Origin: Candidatus Stoquefichus sp. SB1 | Lineage (GTDB): Bacteria > Bacillota_I > Bacilli_A > Erysipelotrichales > Coprobacillaceae | Direction of reading: 5' to 3' | DNA: 64,000 bases | NCBI RefSeq assembly: GCF_001244545.1 | Contig: NZ_LN852693.1 | Span: 11,631-75,630, forward strand | In this document: positions 19,291 through 28,526 of the stretch, in pieces | Layout: each line of letters opens with the position of its first letter | Position numbering within the stretch: position 1 is the stretch's first letter | Position numbers and translations under genes: made by a program | The notes under the pieces: generated by a model | Databases searched by the model: none | The model's input: only the letters and a program-made list of their open reading frames with translations | What the model was told of the DNA's origin: nothing

Positions 19291-21289
19291 AAAGATTGCA
19301 TTGATTGGTAATCAAAATTGTGGAAAAACAACTTTATTTAATGCTCTAACAGGATCATCTCAACATGTGGGAAATTTTCCTGGTGTAACAGTTGAACAAA
19401 AAAAGGGTTTTATAAAAAAACATAAAGATGAATTTGAATTAATAGATTTACCAGGAATTTATTCGTTATCACCATATACATCTGAAGAAATTGTTTCAAT
19501 TCAATTTTTATTAGAAGAACATCCTGATTTAATTATTAATATTGTTGATGCAACAAATATTGAAAGAAATTTATATTTAACAATGCAATTAATGGAATTA
19601 AATATTCCTATGATTCTTGTCTTAAATATGATGGATGAGGTGATTACCAGTGGAAATTGTATTGATATTGATGGATTAAAAGAACGATTAGGTATGGAAG
19701 TGATTCCGATTTCAGCAAGTAAGAATGAAGGTATTGAAGATGTGATTACAGCCATTGAAAAAACGGTTGGGAAACCAGCAAGGCATTTAGATTTATGCCA
19801 TGGACCTGTTCATAAGGCAATTCATTCTATTTCTCATATTGTTGAACAGCGTGTTCATGCTTTACATCTTCCTTTGCGATATTGTGTGACAAAACTCATT
19901 GAGGGTGATCAGGATATGTTTAAGACCTTGGATGTCAGTGATAATGATTGCCATATTATTGAACATATTTTAGAAGGTATGGAGGATGAATCAGGAACTG
20001 ATCGTGAAGCAGCTTTGGTTGATATGCGTTATTCATTTATTGAAGATGTTTGTTATTATTGTGTTTTTAGTGAATGTGAAACCAAAGAACAAGTTCGTTC
20101 TGAGAAAATAGATCGTTTACTTACACATAAATATTTAGGGATTCCTATCTTTATATTGATTATGTTATTAATTTTCTATTTGACATTTTATTTTATTGGT
20201 GCGCCATTACAAGATTTAATGGATCAGATGATTACTTCATTATCGCATGGAATTGTTGCATTTTTACAAAGACAGCATGTCGCTTATTGGTTACGTGCTT
20301 TGATTGGTGATGGTATATTAGCGGGTGTGGGAAGTGTCTTGTCTTTTTTGCCAGTCATTGTGATTTTGTTTTTCTTCTTGTCATTATTGGAAGATAGTGG
20401 TTATATGGCGAGAGTGGCTTTTGTTATGGATAAGGCCTTACGAAAGATTGGTTTATCTGGTCGCTCTTTTGTCCCTATGTTGATAGGGTTTGGATGTAGT
20501 GTTCCTGCTATTATGGCAACACGTACATTATCAAGTGATCGTGATCGAAAGATGACTATTGTATTGACCCCGTTTATGTCATGTAGTGCGAAGTTACCGA
20601 TTTATGGAATGATTATTGCTGCGTTCTTTCCAACAAAGGCAGCACTTGTCATGATGACTATCTATTGTATTGGTATACTGGTCGCTATTCTTTCAGCGTT
20701 GTTGTTAAAAAGTACAGTTTTCTTAGGTGAACCTGTTCCTTTTGTATTAGAATTGCCAGCCTATCGTATACCTACTTTAAAAAATGTGTTTTTGAATGTG
20801 TGGGATAAAGCCAAAGATTTTATTCGTAAAGCTTTTACTGTTATATTTATTGCCTCAATGGTTATTTGGTTCTTACAAAGTTTTAATTTCCAATTTGAAA
20901 TGATTGAAGATAGCAGTCAAAGTATTTTAGCAGCCATTGGTTCATTTGTTGCTCCAATATTTAAACCATTAGGATTTAGTGATTGGCGTGCTTCAACCGC
21001 ATTGATGACTGGAATTACAGCTAAAGAATCAGTTGTGTCAACACTAACAGTTTTAACTCAAGCGTCTAATACTGTTGCTTTAAATACCGCTCTAGCAACA
21101 ATCTTTACACCCTTAAGTGGTTTTGCATTTTTGGTGTTTACAGTCCTATATATGCCTTGTATTGCTGCCTTTGCAGCAACAAAACGTGAACTTGGTTCAT
21201 GGTGGCAAGCTATTGGTACGGTTTTATTCCAGACAGGTGTTGCTTATGTTGTTGCGTTTGTTATTTATCAGATAGGGAGTTTTTTATGA
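19283..21289 (+). CDS. feoB: ferrous iron transport protein B
   Basis: An N-terminal G-domain (GNQNCGKTTLFN) followed by a polytopic permease. Start moved to ATG 19283, overlapping the feoA stop. Confidence 0.85.
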   Translation: MNRKIALIGNQNCGKTTLFNALTGSSQHVGNFPGVTVEQKKGFIKKHKDEFELIDLPGIYSLSPYTSEEIVSIQFLLEEHPDLIINIVDATNIERNLYLTMQLMELNIPMILVLNMMDEVITSGNCIDIDGLKERLGMEVIPISASKNEGIEDVITAIEKTVGKPARHLDLCHGPVHKAIHSISHIVEQRVHALHLPLRYCVTKLIEGDQDMFKTLDVSDNDCHIIEHILEGMEDESGTDREAALVDMRYSFIEDVCYYCVFSECETKEQVRSEKIDRLLTHKYLGIPIFILIMLLIFYLTFYFIGAPLQDLMDQMITSLSHGIVAFLQRQHVAYWLRALIGDGILAGVGSVLSFLPVIVILFFFLSLLEDSGYMARVAFVMDKALRKIGLSGRSFVPMLIGFGCSVPAIMATRTLSSDRDRKMTIVLTPFMSCSAKLPIYGMIIAAFFPTKAALVMMTIYCIGILVAILSALLLKSTVFLGEPVPFVLELPAYRIPTLKNVFLNVWDKAKDFIRKAFTVIFIASMVIWFLQSFNFQFEMIEDSSQSILAAIGSFVAPIFKPLGFSDWRASTALMTGITAKESVVSTLTVLTQASNTVALNTALATIFTPLSGFAFLVFTVLYMPCIAAFAATKRELGSWWQAIGTVLFQTGVAYVVAFVIYQIGSFL

Positions 21290-21450
21290 TGAGTCTTGCG
21301 GATTGGATTGTGGTCATTATATTGCTGGTTTGTGTGGTTTTATCAATCAAGGTAATGAAAAGGTCTCATTGCCATGATTGTTCTCATTGTGATAAGATGT
21401 GTGGAGGAAAAGAGAATGGAAAAGAATGTAGAAAAGTTATTAAGGATTAA
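21286..21450 (+). CDS. FeoB-associated Cys-rich small membrane protein
   Basis: 54 aa: MMSLADWIVVIILLVCVVLSIKVMKRSHCHDCSHCDKMCGG.... One TM helix plus a Cys/His cluster. The start overlaps the feoB stop by 4 nt. Confidence 0.6.
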   Translation: MMSLADWIVVIILLVCVVLSIKVMKRSHCHDCSHCDKMCGGKENGKECRKVIKD

Positions 21451-22057
21451 GGAAAAGGAATTAATTCAAGCTTTTGAAGCCAATAATATGACTTGTTTAT
21501 TTGTGAAAGATAAGGATGAGTTAACACATTATTTAAAAGGTATTTTTAATCAGCAAAAAAAGGTTGCTGTTGGTGGAAGTGTAACTTTGAATCAATTAGG
21601 TGTTATTGATTTAATTAGAGAAAGTGATGTTGATTTTATTGATCGTTATGAGGAAGGATTATCTCGTGATGAAATGATGAATCGTTTTAGAGAAAGTTTT
21701 TTTGCTGATTTGTTTATTACCAGTACAAATGCGTTAACGATGGATGGTTGCTTATATAATATTGATGGGACAGGAAATCGTGTAGCGGCAATGATTTTTG
21801 GTCCAAAAGAAGTGATTGTCATTGCTGGACTTAATAAAATCTGTTTAAATGAACAAGAGGCTATCGCGCATATACGAGAATGTAGTGCCCCTACAAATGC
21901 TATGCGTTTAAATAAAAAAACACCTTGTGTCAAAACTGGTCATTGTATGGATTGTCGCAGTCCTGAGCGTATTTGCAGCAGTTATGTGAAACTGGGATAT
22001 CAAGGACAAGTGAATAGGATTAAAGTCATTATTGTTGAAGAAAATTTAGGATATTAG
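21416..22057 (+). CDS. LUD-domain (lactate-utilisation C-like, DUF162) protein
   Basis: The core MDGCLYNIDGTGNRV matches the LUD domain. Start chosen at 21416 after RBS GGAGGAAAAGAGA. Confidence 0.6.
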   Translation: MEKNVEKLLRIKEKELIQAFEANNMTCLFVKDKDELTHYLKGIFNQQKKVAVGGSVTLNQLGVIDLIRESDVDFIDRYEEGLSRDEMMNRFRESFFADLFITSTNALTMDGCLYNIDGTGNRVAAMIFGPKEVIVIAGLNKICLNEQEAIAHIRECSAPTNAMRLNKKTPCVKTGHCMDCRSPERICSSYVKLGYQGQVNRIKVIIVEENLGY

Positions 22058-22066
22058 GTGAGAAAT

Positions 22067-23512
22067 ATGAAAAGACAAGCAGGACTCTTATTTCCAATCT
22101 CTGCTTTGCCAAATCGTTATGGTGTTGGTGATTTTGGAAAATATGCATATGAATTAGTCGATAAAATGGCAGCTGCCTACATTCATTTATGGCAGATTTT
22201 ACCATTGAATCCTTTAGGTTATGGAAATTCGCCATATCAGCCGTTATCAACACATGCGGGAGATGAGATTTATTTAAGTTTAGATGATTTTATAAAAGAT
22301 GGTCTTTTAAAGGAAGAAGAAGTCACATATTTTAACAGTCAGTTACCTTTTGTTGCATATCAGCAGGTACGACCTGTAAAAGAACAATTATATAAGTTGG
22401 CTTTTTCACGTTTCCAACTTCATGATGATTATCAACAATTTATAACTGAAAATCCATGGGTTCAGGATTATGCTTTATTTAAAGTCTTTAAAGATCAGAA
22501 CCAACAAAAAACATGGTTGGAATGGGAAGATGAATATAAATATTATTATCAGGAAAAGACATTTTCTTTATTACCATTTATCAAAGATATTGATTATCAA
22601 ATATTTTTACAATATTATTTCTTTAAACAATGGAATGCTTTAAAGAATTATGCGAATGCAAAGGGCATTATGATTATTGGAGATATGCCTATTTATGTTG
22701 GATTAGATTCTGCTGATGTTTGGAGACATCAAGAAAATTTCTTATTGGAAGAAGATGGAACACCATCTTTTGTTGCTGGAGTTCCACCTGATTATTTTAG
22801 TAAATTTGGACAAAGATGGGGAAATCCATTATATGATTGGGACTATCTTGAGAGTGATCATTTTAAGTTTTGGATTGAACGTATGAAAGCTGCCCAAAAA
22901 ATGTATGATACAGTTCGTATTGATCATTTTAGAGCTTTTGATACTTATTGGAAGATTCCTGCTAGTGAACCAACAGCAGTGATTGGAGAATGGATAGAGG
23001 CACCAGGGTATAAACTATTTGATGCATTGTATCAAAATATTGATCAACTTTCTATTTTAGCTGAAGATCTTGGTGAATTAAGAAATGAAGTTTATGAGTT
23101 AAGAGATCATTATCATTTGAAAGGAATGTATGTTTTTCAGTTCCATCATGCATATGATTTTGATTTTGAAAAGGTTATTGTTTATACAGGAACGCATGAT
23201 AATGATACTTTAGTAGGATGGCTGGATACAATTGAACAATCAGAAACGAAAATATTAAAAGAATTACTTGAAAAATATGATGAAAAAGAGATATATCAGA
23301 AGATTATTCATTATTGTCTAGATTTAAATGCAAATCAAGTCATCGTTCCGTTTTGGGATATGATGGGATGTGACGCGTCATGTCGATTTAATATTCCAGG
23401 TCAAATTGGTTCTCCTAATTGGGAATATCGTTTAACATCATTTGATGAATTTGATTCATATTTAGAGGTTTATGCCAATATGATAGAAAAGAGTCATAGA
23501 AAAGAGGGGTAA
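22067..23512 (+). CDS. malQ: 4-alpha-glucanotransferase (amylomaltase, GH77)
   Basis: The N-terminus RQAGLLFPISALPNRYGVGDFG and the catalytic region are typical of GH77. Confidence 0.85.
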   Translation: MKRQAGLLFPISALPNRYGVGDFGKYAYELVDKMAAAYIHLWQILPLNPLGYGNSPYQPLSTHAGDEIYLSLDDFIKDGLLKEEEVTYFNSQLPFVAYQQVRPVKEQLYKLAFSRFQLHDDYQQFITENPWVQDYALFKVFKDQNQQKTWLEWEDEYKYYYQEKTFSLLPFIKDIDYQIFLQYYFFKQWNALKNYANAKGIMIIGDMPIYVGLDSADVWRHQENFLLEEDGTPSFVAGVPPDYFSKFGQRWGNPLYDWDYLESDHFKFWIERMKAAQKMYDTVRIDHFRAFDTYWKIPASEPTAVIGEWIEAPGYKLFDALYQNIDQLSILAEDLGELRNEVYELRDHYHLKGMYVFQFHHAYDFDFEKVIVYTGTHDNDTLVGWLDTIEQSETKILKELLEKYDEKEIYQKIIHYCLDLNANQVIVPFWDMMGCDASCRFNIPGQIGSPNWEYRLTSFDEFDSYLEVYANMIEKSHRKEG

Positions 23513-23513
23513 A

Positions 23514-24791
23514 ATGAAAAGAGCAATTGTACTCGCTGGTGGAGGTTCTAAAGGTGCCTATGAAGCTGGCTTTATGAAAGCTTTAAGAGAATTGAATATT
23601 GATTATCAAATCGTGACAGGAACATCTATTGGAGCTTTAAATGGTTGTTTGTTAGCTCAACAAGATCAAGAAGCAATGGAACACTTATGGCAGAATTTAG
23701 ATGTTAGTCAGGTTTTTGCAGGTGGATTTTCTCCTCATTTTAGTTTTGATATTGATAATATGTTAAATCAATCCAATTTAGTTGTTTCGTTTTTTAAGAA
23801 GTTCATTAAAGAAAAAGGTGCTGATATTACACCATTAAAAGAGTTAATAAGAGGTTTATTAAAAGAAGATAAGCTTTTATCTTCACCCATTGATTTTGGA
23901 TTATGTACAGTTTATTATCCATCTTTAAAACCTTTGTTAATTACAAAGGAAGAAATGGAAAAAGAACATATATTTGATTACTTAATTGCCAGTGCATCAT
24001 GTTTTCCAGTCTTTCCTATTCATACTATCAAAGATCAATCTTTTATTGATGGTGGATACTATGATAATGTTCCAATTGATTTGGCATTTGATATGGGGGC
24101 TGATGAAGTCATTGTGATAGATATGAATAGCAAAGAACCAACACACAAACATTATGTTCAGCGACCACATGTCACATATACAATGCCATATGTTGATTTA
24201 GGCGGTTTTTTAGATTTTTCAAGAGAAGCTTTAGATCGCAATATGCGTTTAGGATATCAAACAGCAATGAAATATTGGGGGCATTATGTAGGTGTTAAAT
24301 ATACTTTTATAGAATTTGAAACACCACTTTTTCATGAATTTTATAAAGATATTTTGTATTTAGAAAGATATATGCGTAAGACATTTAGAAGTGACACAGG
24401 TGGAAATTTAGTTTACAAATTTATGGAAGCTCATAAAGATTTGCCTTTAGCTGAAAATGATTATTTTTATATCGCAATGGATTGGTTATTGGAAGTTGTT
24501 GAACGTGATCCAACTTATGTTTATCAATTTGATTTAGTCGTTAAAGATTTGTTGAAAGATTTTGAAAAATATACAGATAGCCAATATCAGATGATTTCAC
24601 TTCATTCAACAGATGATATTTCAAGAACATTTAAGGATATGAACAAAAAAGGAATTATTGGGAGATTATTACATGGAATGCTTTATCCAGAAGAAGAAAA
24701 AATCGATACTGAAAAATTCTTAACATTGTTTGCTAAAGAAGTGATTATTGCTAGAGTCTTATTTATGTTATATAATGAAAACAAGCAATAA
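23514..24791 (+). CDS. patatin-like phospholipase family protein
   Basis: AGGGSKGAY...GTSIGALNG (oxyanion hole plus GxSxG) and a DGG motif. Confidence 0.8.
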   Translation: MKRAIVLAGGGSKGAYEAGFMKALRELNIDYQIVTGTSIGALNGCLLAQQDQEAMEHLWQNLDVSQVFAGGFSPHFSFDIDNMLNQSNLVVSFFKKFIKEKGADITPLKELIRGLLKEDKLLSSPIDFGLCTVYYPSLKPLLITKEEMEKEHIFDYLIASASCFPVFPIHTIKDQSFIDGGYYDNVPIDLAFDMGADEVIVIDMNSKEPTHKHYVQRPHVTYTMPYVDLGGFLDFSREALDRNMRLGYQTAMKYWGHYVGVKYTFIEFETPLFHEFYKDILYLERYMRKTFRSDTGGNLVYKFMEAHKDLPLAENDYFYIAMDWLLEVVERDPTYVYQFDLVVKDLLKDFEKYTDSQYQMISLHSTDDISRTFKDMNKKGIIGRLLHGMLYPEEEKIDTEKFLTLFAKEVIIARVLFMLYNENKQ

Positions 24792-24793
24792 AA

Positions 24794-24835
24794 AAGAGGT
24801 TTGATAGCCAAAATTGACTATCAAATCTCTTTTTA
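24794..24835. terminator. bidirectional terminator between the patatin-like gene and coaX
   Basis: A 14-bp stem with one mismatch (AAGAGGTTTGATAG / CTATCAAATCTCTT), flanked by an A-run and a T-run. Confidence 0.6.
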
Positions 24836-25612
24836 GATATACATATTTTTTTTCGTTTTCTCGTAAATAATTTTTAATCCCTTAAATGTCAAATCTACAT
24901 CATAAATGTCAATTAAATCTGTTTCACTGGCAATAATGCGTCCTAAACCACCCGTTGAAATCACTTTTAAATTTTCATTATATTCTGCTTTGATTTTTTT
25001 TATAATATACTCAGTTTGACCAATATATCCAAATACAACACCCGCTTGCATACTTTTGATTGTATTTTTAGCAATAATCTTATCAGGTTTTTGAATTTCA
25101 ATTTCAGGTAATTTAGCAGCCTGTGAAGAAAGAGCATTGGCACATATACCGATTCCTGGTGCTGTTGCACCACCAACAAACTCACCTTTAGCAGTGACGA
25201 CATCATAAGTTGTTGCTGTTCCAAAATCAATGACTAAGCAAGGTCCGCCATAAGTATAGAAGGCACCGGCTGCATCAACTAAGCGATCAGCACCTAATGT
25301 TGAAGGATTATCAATACGAATATCAATTCCTGTTTTTACACCAGGCCCAATAAAAATAGGATTCTTATGTAAATATTTCTTAACACAATTGGTAAAAGAA
25401 TAATTGATTTTAGGAACAACACTGCTAATAATAATATCTTCAATATCATCAACTGAAATAGAAGAAGCATTTAAAAACGATAATAACATAAAACCATATT
25501 CATCAGATGTTCTTTGAAATTTCGTTGTTAAACGATAATTCCCAATAAGTGTGTTTTGATCATATAAACCAATCGTAATATTTGTATTCCCAATATCAAT
25601 GACTGCTAACAT
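24833..25612 (-). CDS. coaX: type III pantothenate kinase
   Basis: MLAVIDIGNTNITIGLY and the ASKHA fold motifs. Confidence 0.85.
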   Translation of the reverse strand: MLAVIDIGNTNITIGLYDQNTLIGNYRLTTKFQRTSDEYGFMLLSFLNASSISVDDIEDIIISSVVPKINYSFTNCVKKYLHKNPIFIGPGVKTGIDIRIDNPSTLGADRLVDAAGAFYTYGGPCLVIDFGTATTYDVVTAKGEFVGGATAPGIGICANALSSQAAKLPEIEIQKPDKIIAKNTIKSMQAGVVFGYIGQTEYIIKKIKAEYNENLKVISTGGLGRIIASETDLIDIYDVDLTFKGLKIIYEKTKKNMYI

Positions 25613-26799
25613 CTTTCTTCCTCCATTTTTAATAACATATCAAAAATAACATAAGCCAATTCATCTTTAGACATTAAACCAAAATCTTTCATATCATCTT
25701 GGGTCATAATAGTCACAACATTTGTATCACCCTGAAATCCAGCACCAGCTGTCTTTAAATGATTTGCTACAATCATATCGCAATTCTTTCTTATTAGTTT
25801 ATCTTTGGCATGATAAACTAAATCACTTGTTTCCATCGCAAAACCACATAAAATCTGATGTGGCTGTTTCATTTGTCCTAATTCAAATAAAATATCTTTG
25901 TTTTTATGTAATTGTAATGTCAACTGATCATCACTTTTTTTGATTTTTTCATCAGCGATTTGCTGACAGGCATAATCACCAACAGCAGCAGACATAATAA
26001 TATAATCCTGCTGTTTTGCTATTGAGGTTACTGCCTCATACATTTGCTGGGCACTGATAACATCTTTCTTTTCAACCCCAAAAGGTTTTTTTAAATGTGT
26101 AGGACCACTTATTAAAGTGACCTCAGCGCCGAGACAAAAAGCTGCTTTAGCAAGCGCATAACCCATTTTTCCACTCGAATGATTTGTAATATAACGAACT
26201 GGATCGATATTTTCTTGTGTAGGACCGGCACTCACCAAGACACGTTTTCCTTGTAATGGTTTGTAAGTAAGAGCATAATCAATCATTTCAATGATATCCT
26301 GCTCATCAGCTAATTTTCCTTGACCAATATCTCCACAAGCCAAAAGTCCAGAAATAGGTTCAACAAATAAAATGCCGAGTTCTTTTAATATTTGCATATT
26401 TTTTTGAGTTATTGGATTTTCATACATATGAACATTCATTGCAGGAGCAATCATTTTAGGACAAGTAGCAGCTAAAAAAGCACTTGTCAGCATATTATCA
26501 GCCATTCCATGTGCTAATTTTGCAATAGTATGTGCACTTGCAGGAACAACAAGAAATAAATCTGCATCTTTGACAATATCAACATGAGTAATAATCGCTG
26601 GATTTTCATCATCAAATGTATCAACATAAACTTTTCTTTTGGTGAGTGATTGAATGCAGGTCGGTGTAATAAACTGAGTGGCACTTTCACTCATCATGAC
26701 TTCAATTTGATAATCTTGTTTTATTAAATCACTGATCAATTGAACTGATTTAAAAGCCGCAATACTACCTGTGATACCGATAATTATTTTTTTTGACAT
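25606..26799 (-). CDS. coaBC: bifunctional phosphopantothenoylcysteine decarboxylase / phosphopantothenate-cysteine ligase
   Basis: 397 aa with a flavoprotein N-domain and a CoaB C-domain. Confidence 0.85.
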   Translation of the reverse strand: MSKKIIIGITGSIAAFKSVQLISDLIKQDYQIEVMMSESATQFITPTCIQSLTKRKVYVDTFDDENPAIITHVDIVKDADLFLVVPASAHTIAKLAHGMADNMLTSAFLAATCPKMIAPAMNVHMYENPITQKNMQILKELGILFVEPISGLLACGDIGQGKLADEQDIIEMIDYALTYKPLQGKRVLVSAGPTQENIDPVRYITNHSSGKMGYALAKAAFCLGAEVTLISGPTHLKKPFGVEKKDVISAQQMYEAVTSIAKQQDYIIMSAAVGDYACQQIADEKIKKSDDQLTLQLHKNKDILFELGQMKQPHQILCGFAMETSDLVYHAKDKLIRKNCDMIVANHLKTAGAGFQGDTNVVTIMTQDDMKDFGLMSKDELAYVIFDMLLKMEEERC

Positions 26800-26818
26800 A
26801 AGGGAATAACCTCTTTCT

Positions 26819-27409
26819 TTAATTCATTTTGATTAATATTTTGGATACCATAACCGCAATAATCGTTCCAACAATAGCTTCCACAATTCCATTTGTTGTT
26901 ATAATACCAATCAGATAAGGGAAAAGGACTGAGAAATCTTTCCCAATAGCACTTGCATATTGAGAACCAAAAATCACATAAATACCACCGAGCACTAAGA
27001 TTGTATTTGTCATAGCACCTAAAAAAGAACCTAAAGTCATGGCCATTATCTCATTTTTCATTTTCAACTTTTCATAAATGAAACCAGCCACATATCCAAT
27101 CAGGACTCTTGGAATAATAGCGACAAATGCACTCATAATTGAACCACTTAGAAAAGGTGAGAAAACAAAAGATGTTACAGTTGGTTGAATTGTATTGATG
27201 ATAAGACTAGACAATCCAAACACCAAACCAATACCAGCCCCTTTATTTTTACCTAAGACAATACCAGCAATAATAACGGGGATGTGCAAAGTTGTTGCAC
27301 GCAAGGGACCAACTGGAATGAAACCTAAAAAAGGAATCATCACCATAAGAATTTCTATCGCAATAAAAAGCGACATGAACGCTAGGTTCTTTGTTTTTTG
27401 TTTATTCAT
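26819..27409 (-). CDS. ECF transporter S component, probably pantothenate-specific (PanT-like)
   Basis: 196-aa, six-TM S-component fold. The specificity is inferred from its operon position next to coaBC-coaX. Confidence 0.55.
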   Translation of the reverse strand: MNKQKTKNLAFMSLFIAIEILMVMIPFLGFIPVGPLRATTLHIPVIIAGIVLGKNKGAGIGLVFGLSSLIINTIQPTVTSFVFSPFLSGSIMSAFVAIIPRVLIGYVAGFIYEKLKMKNEIMAMTLGSFLGAMTNTILVLGGIYVIFGSQYASAIGKDFSVLFPYLIGIITTNGIVEAIVGTIIAVMVSKILIKMN

Positions 27410-27672
27410 TTTTTTCCTCCACTGTCGTTTCTTTTTGAATACGACGCTTTCTTTTATTTTGTTAAAAGTTAGATAAAGTTAACGCTTAAAAAGTCATTAC
27501 TGTATATATCGCTTTTAACAACGCTATTATACAACGATGTTTTTCAAATTACAATTCATCTTCCTAAAAAAAGATTTATAAAGCATATATAAATACTATC
27601 ACAAATATATCATAAAAAAATATAATAAAAAAATTTTTTTGGAAAAACACTGATAAATAGGGAATAAATAAC

Positions 27673-27687
27673 TAGTAATAATTACTA
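27673..27687 (+). promoter_or_regulatory. Fur-family (PerR-like) 7-1-7 palindrome
   Basis: TAGTAAT-A-ATTACTA, a perfect inverted repeat 15 nt upstream of the -35 of the rubrerythrin gene. Confidence 0.3.
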
Positions 27688-27702
27688 TTATTAAAAAAGT
27701 TC

Positions 27703-27730
27703 TTGATTTTGCCAAAATTTGTAGTATAAT
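27703..27730 (+). promoter_or_regulatory. promoter of the rubrerythrin gene
   Basis: TTGATT, 16 nt, TATAAT. Confidence 0.5.
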
Positions 27731-27767
27731 AAAAGCAGATGAAAAATAGAAGGAGGAAATAAAAATT

Positions 27768-28421
27768 ATGGCAAAATGGGTATGTAAAGTATGTGGATAT
27801 GTACATGAAGGAGATACACCTCCAGAAGTATGTCCAATTTGTAAAGTTCCAGCAAGTCAATTTGAAAAAGTAGAAGAGGAAAGAAAATCAAAATATACAG
27901 GAACAAAAACAGAAAAGAATTTAATGGAAGCTTTTGCTGGAGAATCTCAAGCAAGAAATAAATATACTTATTTCGCAGAAATGGCGAGAAAAGAAGGTTT
28001 AGAACAAATTGCTGCAATCTTTGAAGAAACTGCAAATCAGGAAAAACAACATGCCAAAATGTGGTTTAGTGAATTCCATGGTATTGGTGCAACTGATGAA
28101 AACTTAGAAGTTGCTGCTGCAGGTGAAAATGAAGAATGGACAGACATGTATGCAAGAATGGCTAAAGAAGCAAGAGAAGAAGGTTTTGAAGATTTAGCAA
28201 TCAAGTTTGAAAATGTAGGAAAAGTAGAGAAATCACATGAAGCAAGATATTTAAGATTATTAAAGAATTATAAAGAAGATAAAACATTCAAGGGTGATGC
28301 ACCTAAAGGATGGAAATGTCGTCAATGTGGATTTATCTATGAAGGTGAGCAGGCACCAGAAAGATGTCCAACTTGTGGATATCCAAAAGCCTTTTTCGAA
28401 AGAATGAGCGAAAACTATTAA
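27768..28421 (+). CDS. rubrerythrin-family protein with rubredoxin-like domains at both termini
   Basis: N-terminal CKVCGY...CPIC and C-terminal CRQCGF...CPTCG rubredoxin-like CxxC pairs flank a ferritin-like di-iron core. Confidence 0.8.
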   Translation: MAKWVCKVCGYVHEGDTPPEVCPICKVPASQFEKVEEERKSKYTGTKTEKNLMEAFAGESQARNKYTYFAEMARKEGLEQIAAIFEETANQEKQHAKMWFSEFHGIGATDENLEVAAAGENEEWTDMYARMAKEAREEGFEDLAIKFENVGKVEKSHEARYLRLLKNYKEDKTFKGDAPKGWKCRQCGFIYEGEQAPERCPTCGYPKAFFERMSENY

Positions 28422-28427
28422 TAATAA

Positions 28428-28462
28428 AGTGATGAGATTTTCTCATCGCTTTTTCTTTTTAT
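28428..28462 (+). terminator. intrinsic terminator
   Basis: GTGATGAGA-TTT-TCTCATCGC followed by TTTTTCTTTTT. Confidence 0.6.
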
Positions 28463-28526
28463 CAATGGTTTTACATTTTTCGATTTCTATTGTAAACTAA
28501 AAAAAGTATGTAAAGGGGAGTAAGAT

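Noticed and set aside
21199-21450. The 83-aa version of the ORF that begins inside feoB
   Set aside because: The first 29 codons lie out of frame within the feoB coding sequence. The conserved-looking peptide starts at the ATG-ATG at 21286 with translational coupling.
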